Positions 40,101 to 50,200 of a stretch of DNA of 64,000 nucleotides are shown in pieces. The translations under genes were made by a program, and so were the position numbers. The stretch covers positions 6,696,001 through 6,760,000 of the forward strand of contig NW_027361709.1 of the NCBI RefSeq assembly GCF_039654945.1. The letters are read 5' to 3'. The DNA comes from Dendrobates tinctorius. Taxonomy: Eukaryota. The stretch's first letter is position 1; every line of letters begins with the position of its first letter. The notes below the pieces were generated by a model. The model made no database searches and was not told where the DNA came from. It was given only the letters and a program-made list of their open reading frames with translations.

Positions 40101-40963
40101 CCACACAGCGTGGGGGCCACTGAGGGCCCCGTGTCGGCCATGATTCTACACCTGCGTCTTCATAGACCGACAGCCGTGCGATACCCAGCGACATTGCAGC
40201 AGACGGAGAAACGTACAAGTGAGGGAAGGAATAGTAAATAGATAACATCGTCTGGACCCCAAAAATGGTCCCAATACAAACGGCACCTCAGAGACAAGGC
40301 AGCACGGAAAGTGGAGCGCGACAGCTGGGCACTACCCTGGAGCCTGCTCCCCTATGGCTACGGGGTGTGGCCCCTGCCTGTTCTCTGGGGCCCCTTCTAG
40401 TGACCAGTGAGGGCCCCCCACACTCCAGCGTTACTGGGGTCCGGCCACCTCACCATTCACTCATTAACACATTGCAACCAATCAGATGGCTGCTATCATA
40501 TTTTTAGGCAGCCGCCTGCAAAGAAAGCAGCGTTCTGGTTGGTTGCTATGGGTAACACCTTCTCGTATGCGTTTCACTTTACAACCTCTGCTGCAAAAGT
40601 CACCTGACCTCCCCGAGCGCTGCCACGTGACCCGTCCCCCACCTTGATGCCCTCCAGCCGGGGCAGGTAGCTGTACGGAGCGCCGCCGCCGTCCTCATGC
40701 CGCAGGGGGGCTCTGTGCTCCGGGGCCGGGACGGCGGTCGGTCCCCCGGTGTCCTCTCCGCTCTGGCTGCCGTTGCTGTAGTAGACGTAGAGCAGCAGCG
40801 CGATGACATTTAGGATGTAGACGTGCACGAACACCATCACCACCACGAAGTAGGAGCGGGAGCACACGCTGTTCCCCTTCTGGATGCCGGCGAGCCGGTC
40901 CCTGATCGGCGGCGGCTCCTCGTCATGTGCTGGAGCGCTGCCCCCGATCCCGCCGGCCTCCAT
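19155..40963 (-). CDS. p4htm: Transmembrane prolyl 4-hydroxylase, 9 exons, 490 aa
   Basis: Exons: 40643-40963, 37708-37789, 27525-27715, 24247-24343, 22702-22864, 21180-21365, 20911-21001, 20384-20507, 19155-19372. All introns are GT-AG and the total is 1473 nt. Features include the TM segment [27 protein letters not shown]-hands [12 protein letters not shown] and DPDGNGVLSLEE, catalytic HMD…LHGGC…GTKW, and a C-terminal ER-retention-like HVDL. Confidence 0.96.
19405..19671. mobile_element. TTAA-target Kolobok/T2-type MITE in the last p4htm intron
   Basis: TTAA|AGGGGTTATCCAAGACT … AGTCCTGGACATCCCCT|TTAA. Related copies are at ~23795-23995, ~26400-27200 and 36808-37186. Confidence 0.7.
26734..27099. 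mobile_element. Harbinger-type MITE nested in a T2-type MITE
   Basis: TIRs GGCTGTGTGCACACGCTGCGGATT and AATCCGCAGCGTGTGCACACAGCC, with TSD TGA/TTA. It interrupts the host arm GTG(TTA)ATATCTCAAGAACGG, whose complement lies at ~26490. Confidence 0.8.
28940..30664 (+). mobile_element. L2-clade LINE, 5'-truncated, with a degenerate RT
   Basis: Motifs [44 protein letters not shown] (stop at 29378-80), [18 protein letters not shown] and LHWLP. The 3' end is GCTGCGGAAT…GCGCTATAGAAATAAA followed by a (TAT)n tail. A second L2 tail lies at ~41400-41460. Confidence 0.92.
31267..31273 (+). promoter_or_regulatory. TATA box of crescent
   Basis: TATAAAA lies 52 nt upstream of the first ATG (31319). A CCAAT box is at ~31049. 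Confidence 0.6.
31319..36500 (+). CDS. frzb2: Crescent (secreted frizzled-related protein; CRD plus netrin domain), 4 exons, 303-305 aa, nested antisense in p4htm intron 2
   Basis: Exons: 31319-31653, 32694 (or 32688)-32863, 33928-34017, 36184-36500. All introns are GT-AG and the total is 912 nt, in frame. Signal peptide [19 protein letters not shown]: [56 protein letters not shown]…[33 protein letters not shown]: [13 protein letters not shown]…[12 protein letters not shown]…[26 protein letters not shown]. This matches my recollection of Xenopus Crescent much better than Sizzled. Confidence 0.9.
32880..33645. repeat. ~86-bp tandem repeat, about 9 copies, in crescent intron 2
   Basis: Unit TTACATCCTGTATTATACCCCAGAGCTGCACTCACTATTCTGCTGGTGCAGTCACTGTGTACATACATTACATTACTGATCCTGAG. 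Confidence 0.95.
35878..36160. repeat. 39-bp GC-rich minisatellite, about 7 copies
   Basis: The unit CCCGTACGGGTGGAGGGAGCGTCGGCAGTGGCGCGCAGC occurs in near-identical copies. Confidence 0.95.
36808..37186. mobile_element. Kolobok/T2-type MITE downstream of crescent
   Basis: TTAA|AGGGGTTGTCCA … TGGACAACCCCT|TTAA, with an internal palindrome. Confidence 0.75.
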
Positions 40964-40979
40964 CACTAGCCGGGGCCGC

Positions 40980-41160
40980 GCGTCACCCGGGCAACCGCGC
41001 GTGCTACCTGCTGGCGACACCTGGGGGCGGGGCCGCTGACGTCACGGGAGGACCAGGAGGGAGGTTGCTAGGAGACGGCGGCTTCCTCGCGTGATTGACA
41101 GGTTCTAATCCTCCCGCAGCAGAGCGGCACCGGCTTACTGCAGGCACGTGACTCATTTGA
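40980..41160 (-). promoter_or_regulatory. p4htm CpG-island promoter
   Basis: GC box at 41024-41032, CRE TGACGTCA at 41037-41044, X-box-like sites at 40982-40995 and 41064-41076, and overlapping CACGTG/TGACTCA at 41145-41155. Confidence 0.55.
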
Positions 41161-44100
41161 AGGGGGGTTGCCACCTTCTGAGACTTCATTATTTTATTTT
41201 TTTTACTTGAATGCATGTATAATTGGCTAAATGTTTTTTTGTAATTGGATACCATTAAACATTTTGCACCATTTCCTTCCTACAGCCTCCACATTGCACT
41301 GTCTATTACCAGCTGCAGAAGGAGTAAACTGAGAACCTATCAGTGAACTTGTTCTGAAAGTCTGATGGAGATTTTTAATGCTTAAGGTGGAATTACATGT
41401 CCCCGCTTAATTGTAAAGTGCTGCGGAATATGTTGGCGCTATATACATAATTATTATTAATTACACTGCCATAATTCTCGTGCGAGAATCGCATCTTAAA
41501 ACTTGCCCTGGCCGGCACCTCTCCTGAGCGTGAAAGCTGCATTTTAAGCAGTTACGCGGTCATGCTCAGGTCAGGAGAGGCGCCGGCCAGTCCATGCAGT
41601 GCGATGCGATTATCGCAGGAGAAATACGGCCGGGTGACTCCAGCCTTACATTAGTCTTCTTCTGGACTCCTCTCGGCTGTATACGTCCAGTTGAATGCGC
41701 GGCGACACAAAAGGTGTGCCAAAGTTGCATTGCAGTGGTTTTTTTATTGAATTTAATTGCAAAAAAAAAAAAAACATTTTAGCCCCAAATCCATATATTT
41801 AATGGGGAAAAAAATCAATTTAAATAGAAACATTTAGGGGGGTTGTAATATGCAATTAACAGTTTATTAAAATTGTCTGCCATTCTTGAACTTTTGTTTA
41901 CAGCTCGTTGCTTTGGAGACCGACCGCTTCTGCTAGACAGCAGACCACGCACAATGCTTCCAACCTACCATGTATGAAGCCATGTTGGAGCTTCGCAGAC
42001 CCCTGGACGGCGCTGTTATCACTTTAGCGTAGTGCTTACCAGCTGGACAGCAGCGGTGGTCGGTTGCCACCGAAACGTAAGAGGATCACGAGTTTGGCCA
42101 AAGCAGCTCCATCGTGTCACTTTCAGACTTTCTTAGACTCCACAACGGCACATATATAGGATCCCTGTGGGTCGTCACCCATCTTTCCCAGCTGGCGGAC
42201 AGGGGAATGGCGCAGAAGCTGCATCTAAAAATATCTGCAATCTTGGACTTATCAAAACAAAGCGGCGGCGCCTTCATGAGGAATCGCATGCCCCTGGAGA
42301 TAACGGCGAGGAGCTGGTGTTTGTCAAATCCCACACAGCTCTCAACGCGGCGGTGGCACGACCCTCTGGGTATTTATAGCCGCACATTCGATGAGGTGTC
42401 CTACGCCCCCCTCCTAATCCCAGTGCATTCTGCAGGGTAGACGCCTCATTTATCTATGATAGGACTGGCACAGAGGCTGCTGGAAGAAATGGGGCACCGG
42501 CCCCAAGGAGTCAGACTAAAGGGGCAGAGCCTGTGATAGAGAGGATTAACCTGCAGGAGCCGCACGGCGTAGAGGATTAATCCAGCAACTCATAGTCTGG
42601 GATCATCTAAATCCAGCAAAAATAGGGGCAGTATAAGAAACATGGGGGGGGTGCGCTGTGGTGGTCCTCTAAGCCTCCCATAGAGTTGAAGAGTCATAGT
42701 CCGGCACTAGTCACATCCCATACTTCTCTCCAGCACCTTCACTCGGAATTTGCAAAAGTAACTCCAAATGACACTGCACAGATCAGTCCAGCCTCACTAT
42801 CTAATCAGCCCCTCTGGGTGTGACTGACATGCTCCATGCTGCCCCCGTCATCTCTCAGGCAAGGGAGGATCTTGCACATGTGCTTCTTCCTCCATGGTCA
42901 GCACAGAGCATCACTATTGTGCATAGACAATGCGCAGATGAAGGACACGGAGGAATCAATACAACATTTCGATTGCCGAGAGCGGTAGCTAGGGGAATGC
43001 TAATCCTCCCTAATCGCAACTCCCCAGGGGTAAAAGTGTGGAAGTGATGCCCACCGGACTAATCCAGGATCATTTGCAAATGCTGAGCAACAGCGATAAA
43101 AGTTGCTTTTGTGGATCATTCTTGACGACTGTAGTGCTGGATTATGGCTCCAAGTCATTAAGGGGGACCTGCCAAGTTCCCTTTATATGAAAAAGAAAAA
43201 ACCCTAAAGAGATACACCTTTAAGGGCCGTATAAATTGGAGCAAGATCGGAACTCCGTGCAAGGACTGGCCGCTCTGGACCCGAGCGTCAAAGCTGCATA
43301 GAAGTACATGGAGCGGTCTAGAGAGCCACCAGCCAGTCCGCGCACTGTGGTCTGACCTTGTGCCATCTGACTGCCCCCTAAGAGTGAATTCAGACATGGC
43401 AGATCTGCTCCTGCAGTTTTTCTGACTACACCATTTTGCAGAAACCCTTCACATGCTGCAAAAACCATCCACCAACCAGGTGAACGGCGCCAATTTATTT
43501 CAGATATTCCCCCTAAATTCTTCTCACAGCTGAGCTTTTGCTTCCATGACAACAGCTCAGTTTCAGATACCTGCGCCGATACACTGCAGCAGAAAGACGT
43601 GTGCTGTCGCGTCTGTGTATTATCATTCTTAAAGGAGCCTCATCATCTGAGACCCCCAGATTGCAGCCCGGATGTAAGCAAAACAAATGAAAACAAAAAA
43701 AAATAAAAATTTGCACGTTAAATGTTTTTAAAAAGTCTTTTGTTTTTTTTGTAATTCTATTTTTTTTCTGTATAATTGTACAACAGTTCAAAATGACAGA
43801 TTGCATAATAATCTAATTCTATTAACAGCCATTCAAAAAATTGAACTACTTTTCCAACACTTGCCATCCCGGAACAAAAGATCAAAAAAAGAAAAACGAA
43901 GATCAACCCTTTCACTGCCCAAACAATTCTCTGCAGGATGATGGAGCGCTGGAAGGGTTAAACAACAAGGAAAAGGAAGGAAGGGGGAAAAAAAAAAAAA
44001 AAAGAAAAAAAAAAAAACATGGAAAAGAGCAAAGTCTGGAACGGTCGGCCTCTTACGGCATCTACTAGGGTAAAGGAAGGCGCCTGGGACTTTTAAGAAA

Positions 44101-44274
44101 AAACGTGTAAGAGGAGGAAAAAATACAAACGGACAACGTTCCAAAATTAATGAGCGGGGTAAGAAAAGTGGATTCTCTGATTTTCGTCACATTCCTTAGA
44201 GCTACTGGGTTTCTTTGCAGAATCGGTTCCTCCACAACATGCGCTCGCTGCTCCCAGGGACAACGCTTCACCCT

Positions 44275-47200
44275 TTATGTATCATGGAAATCCTTTAACA
44301 AAGTTCTTCTACGCTGCTCGGCTATATGCATTTGATTCTCCAGGTCCTGGGGGAGGAACAGGCAGATCAGTCAAGGTCCAATTTTTGAAGAAAAACATGG
44401 CTACTTTCTGCAAACAGCACTACTCCAATCCATAGGTCAGGTCTGGTATTGCAGCTCAGTTACTCTGAAGTGAATGGGACTGAGCTGCAATAACACACAT
44501 GACCGTTGACAGAGGTGGCGCTTGGTTTCTATAATGAAGCCATGTTTTACAACCATAAGTCCACCCTTGAAAATCACCCACAGTGCTTTAAGGTTCCCTG
44601 GAGCCACCACTAGGACACCTACTACATATACATGAATGCCTACTACATATACATTGGGCTTAAAGGGTTTTTTCCTCATCTTAACTCCACCATGACGTAT
44701 ATTTACATCATATGTCATGCTCCTGACTTTGATGTCGGCTCTAAAGTGGAGCACGCATCTTTCCTTCCACATCAGTCATCATGTGCCTTTAACAGCTGCT
44801 GCTCCATAATTATGCCCCATAAGATGCTCCATAGATTATGCCCCTATAAAATGCCCCATAAGATGCTCCATAGATTATGCCCCTATAAAATGCCCCATAA
44901 GATGCTCCATAGATTTTGCCCCCATATGCTGTCGCTGCAAAAAAAAAAAAAAAAAATTACATGCTCATCTCTCGTCGCTGGGGGCCAGGTGCCGGTGTCC
45001 CGAGCAGGCAGGGACAGGTGCCGATGTTACCGCTGGCTCAGGACCCCGGCACAGGCGATATTTACCGATCCCCGCTCCATGGATGCGCATCGCTCTGTCT
45101 GCCGGGTCCCTCTGTCAGGGACGTTCAGGCAGAGGGCACGGTGCGCACTAACTAAGTCACCGCGCCCTCTGACCTGAACATCACAGACATAGGACGCGGA
45201 GGAGAGGACAGAGCAGCGCGCAGCGATGGAGCGGGGACAGGTGAATATAGCATATACTTACCCCCTCCCTGGCACGGTCTCTGCAGCCACCCTGCTTCTC
45301 CCGGTCTCCCTTCCTTCCTTCAGCGGTCACGTGTTACCACTCATTAAAGTCATAAATATGCGCACATCCATGGACTTTAATGAGTGGTACCACGTGACCG
45401 CTGAAGGAAGGAGCCTGAGACTGGGAGAAGCAGGGGGGCTGCAGAGACCGCGCCGGGGGGTAAATATGACCTGACACACCCGCTCCATGACTTGCGTATA
45501 AGCCAAGAGGGGGACTTTCAGCCCAAAAAAATGGGCTGAAAATCTCAGCTTATACGCAAGTATATACGGTATTTGGTTTTGCTGAGTTCAGAAATGTCAG
45601 ATCAAAATTTAAAATAAATTAGATTGGTAAACGAGACAAGTGTAAAAAAAAAAATAAAAAAATGAAAAGCCAGAATTAGGTTTATTTTTGTTTCTGCAAC
45701 ATTGAAATAAAATGCAATAAGAGGAGATCTAAACATTGTATCTACTCCAAAATGGTATCAGTAAAAATATCAGCTCAGGGCACAAAAAATAAGCACTCGC
45801 ACAACCCCAGACCCCAAAAATGAAAGTGTTACAGGTCTCGGAAAATAGTGACTAAAAGCAAATTTTTTTTTTTCTCAAATCTTGATTTTGTTTCACAACT
45901 TAAATAAAAAAAAAGAACCTACACGTTTGGTTTGTGTGTACTCGTACTGACCTGGAGAATCATAATGGCAGGTCAGTTTTAGCATTTAGTGAAGATGCTA
46001 AATAAAAAAAAAAAAAAAAAGTAACATAATTGTGGAATTGCACTTTTTTTTGCAATTTCACAACACCTGGAATTGTTTCACATTATACAGTGGTAGAGTG
46101 AATGGTGTCATTCAAAAAGTACAACTCGTCCCGCAAAAAAACAAGCCATCCTACAGCTAATGTGGACAAAAAAAAAATGTTATTGCTTTTGGAAGAAGGA
46201 AAGGAAAAACAAAAATGGAAATTCGCCATGGTGTGAAGTGGTTGTCCATGTTTGCTACCGTCTGCAGTCACTATTGCATACTTGACCATTCTGGTCTCAC
46301 CGCCGGCTGGAGAATCCTCGCTGCGCACTAAGTTCGTAGTCACAGAATGACTGCAGACTTTCATGATAAACCTGAACAACCCCATTTACGGAAGAATCTT
46401 CAGCTATTCTGAGCAAAATCCAAAATAAATATGATTCGAGTTCTGCTTATTTCTTTGGCAGCACAAACAAACAACTCAACTGTAACAAACCGACAAACAT
46501 AAGAACAGGAGTTGTAGAACATGGGAGGGTGCTGTGTCCCCCAATGAAGGCTCAGAGAAACAGATTTTACGGTAAGCAACCCAAAAAATCCTGTTTTCTC
46601 GTTCGCCTTATTGGGGGACACAGAGACCATGGGACGTCCCAAAGCAGTCCCTGGGGTGGGAAACAAACTTCCATCAGGCCAGTGGACTCGCCACCGCAGC
46701 CTGCAGAATCGTTCTACCTAGGCTGGCGTCCGCCGAAGCGTAGGTGTGGACCCTGTAGAATTTCACAAAGGTGTGAACCGATGACCACGTTGCAGCCTTG
46801 CAAAGCTGCAGCGCGGAAGCTCTGTGGCGCACCGCCCAGGAGGCACCCACCGCCCGGGTAGAGTGCGCTCTGACCCCTGGAGGGGCCACTCGATGCTTGA
46901 CCCGGTATGCCTCCAAAATTGCCGATCTGATCCAGCGCGCAATAGTGGCCTTTGAGGATGGGTGACCTTTCCTCGCCCCGTCAGGAATGATGAACAGAGA
47001 GTCTGACTTCCGCAAGGAAGTCGTCCGGGCTAGATAGACTCTCAATGCCCTGACTAGGTCCAGCTTGTTCAAGGACCGCTCCCGAGGGTGAGCTGGGCTC
47101 GGGCAGAAGGATGGCAGAACAATGTCCTCATTGAGGTGAAACGAAGATACCACCTTCGGAAGAAAAGAGGGCGGAGGCCGCAGAACTACCTTGTCCTGAT

Positions 47201-50200
47201 GAAGGACCAAAAAAGGAGAGCGGCAAGAAAGTGCTGCTAATTCCGACACGCGCCGGATGGAGGTAATGGCCACCAGAAAGGCCACTTTCCAAGAAAGGAG
47301 GGAAAGGGAAACGTCCCTGAGAGGTTCAAAAGGAGGACCCTGCAGAACCTGAAGAACCAAATTAAGATCCCAAGGATCCACGGGCGCTCGGTACGGAGGA
47401 ACCGTGTGAGCCACACCCTGGAGGAAGGTTTTGACTTGGGGCCGGGAGGCCAGCGTTTTCTGAAATAAAATGGACAGTGCCGAAACTTGACCCTTCAAGG
47501 AACTGAGAGCAAGCCCCGCATCCAGCCCTGCCTGCAGAAACGCCAGAATAGAAGGGAGCGAAAAAACCAAGGGCGCGATGTCATTGGTCTCACACCAGGA
47601 GAAATATGCTTTCCAAGTACGGTAATAGATCTTCGAAGAAGGCGGCTTTCTGGCGCGGATCATGGTATGAATTACCCGATCAGAGAATCCTGCCCGTCTC
47701 AAAACCTCGGTCTCAACAGCCACGCCGTTAAATTGAGCGACCGAGAATTGGGGTGGCAAATCGGGCCTTGAGACAGCAGATCTGCCCTGTCGGGAAGCTT
47801 CCAGGGGGCGTCCGCGAGAAGGTTGACAATGTCCGCGAACCAAGACCTTCTGGGCCAATTCGGGGCGATGAGGATGACTGGAATCCTCTCTGCTTTGATT
47901 TTCTTCAACAACTTGGGAAGAAGAGGCAGAGGAGGGAACAGGTAGGGGAGCTCGAACTGTGACCAAGGGACGGCCAGAGCGTCGGCGCCCACTGCCAGAG
48001 GGTCCCGAGACCTGGACACGAATTGTGGGACTTTCCTGTTGAGGCGAGATGCCATGAGGTCTACATCCGGAGTTCCCCACCGACGGCAGAGCAGATGAAA
48101 CACCTCCGGATGTAGGGACCATTCCCCTGCCGCGAGACCCTCGCGGCTGAGGAAATCGGCGGCCCAGTTGTCCACGCCGGGAATGTGAACCGCGGAAATC
48201 GTTGGAAGAAAGGTCTCTGCCCATTGAAGAATTCTGGACACTTCCGCCAGAGCTGAGACACTCCGTGTCCCCCTTGGCGGTTGATATACGCCACCGCTGT
48301 GGCATTGTCTGTCTGAATCCTGACAGGCAGGCCCTTGAGGCGCCTTTCCCAGTGGACGAGAGCTAGATGGATCGCTCGTATCTCTAGGACATTGATCTGC
48401 AGAGCTGATTCCTGAGTCGACCATCGACCCTGAACAGTGTGATTGCGGAACACTGCAACCCAGCCGATGAGGCTGGCGTCCGTAGTGACAATCTGCCAGT
48501 GAACGGGAAGAAAAGACCGCCCCAAGAGAATGATGGGAGACGTCAACCACCAGTTGAGAGACCGCTTGATCCGGCATGAAAGGCGAACCGGACGATCCAG
48601 AGACAGAGCCGACCTGTTCCACCTGGACAAAATGGCCTGCTGGAGTGGCCTGGCGTGAAATTGGGCAAAGGGAACTGCCTCTATCGCCGCCACCATCTTC
48701 CCCAGGACCCTCATGGCTGTCCTGAGGGATGGAAATCGTGTGATCTGTAATGATCGCACGCCCTGATGCAGGGAAAGGATCTTGTCTTGTGGGAGAAATA
48801 CCCTTGACCGACGAGTGTCGAACAGAAGGCCCAGAAACACAAGGCGTTGAGTAGGGACCAGACAGGACTTTTTCCGGTTGACGATCCACCCAAAACTGGA
48901 CAGGGTGTCTAGAACGATCGCCACACTTAGGCGGGCCTGTTGAAAGGAGGGAGCCTTGATCAGGATATCGTCGAGGTACGGAAAAAGAACGAGACCTCTG
49001 ATCCTCAACAAGGCCATCAACGCCGCCATAATCTTCGTGAAGACTCTGGGAGCGGTGGCGAGCCCGAAAGGAAGCGCGACGAACTGGTAATGTTCGTGGT
49101 GAATCGCAAACCGCAGGAACTTCTGATGTCCGGGAAATATGGGCACATGTAGATAGGCATCTTGGATGTCTATGGAACACATGAATTCCTGCTCCTCCAT
49201 GGAAGCAATTACCGAGCGTACTGACGCCATCCGGAAGTGGCGAAGGCAAACTCTCTTGTTGAGTAACTTGAGATCCAAAATGGGCCGAACTGCCCAGTCC
49301 TTTTTCGGCACCACAAACAGGTTTGAATAAAACCCTGTGAAGCGTTCTGATTCGGGAACGGGCACAATCACCCTGGAACTGAGAAGAGAGGCGATGGCCG
49401 AACCAAACCCCGGGACCAAGGCCGGATCCATCGACGGACGGGATTGGAAGAAGCGATCCCGTGGAAGAGAAATGAACTCTATTTTGTATCCTGTTGATAC
49501 AACCTCTCTGACCCAAGCGTCCTCTACTGAGGCGAGCCAGACGTCGCTGAAGAAAAGAAGTCGACCTCCCAATTGGAAGGGACCCACGGGAGACCGATGG
49601 TAGTCATGCGGATGTAGACCGTCCAGATCTAGATCTGGACGGTCTTCCCTGGGAAGAGTGGGACCGCCAGGACGGAGTGGGCCTGAAGGAAACCTTCTTT
49701 CTTTCCTGACGTGCCTGTGGCCTTTGCTGGTTGGAAGGGTTTTCCGCCGTATTGAAACGGCGGAAAGTCCGAAAGGGACGAAACTGACGCCTTGGAGGAG
49801 GTCTGCGAGGCTTGGAGGGGAGAAGAGAACTCGTACCTCCGGTAGCGTCCTTAATAATCTGATCCAATTGTGATCCGAAGAGACGCACTCCCTGAAAAGG
49901 CAGATTGGTCAGAGACTTTTTAGAGGACAAGTCCGCCTGCTAGGCCTTAAGCCAAATTGTACGTCGGATTGCCACGATGTTACTTGACGCCTGAACTGCG
50001 CAAGATGCGGCATCCAAGGAGGCAGAGAGCAGATAATCCCCCGCATGGGAAATCTGATTGGCGAGATCGGCCAAATGCTCTGGTCGTGCCTTATCCAGAA
50101 TGCCCTGCCGAAGGTCGTCTGCCCAAGTGGATATGGCCTTTGCTGCCCAAGAAGAAGCAAAGACTGGACATACCGCTACTGATGCCGCTTCGAAGGCAGA

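Noticed and set aside
49930-49945. Programmed read-through of the DIRS gag TAG
   Set aside because: The context UAG-CAG-GCG is not the CARYYA read-through motif. A TGG>TAG mutation is the simpler explanation.
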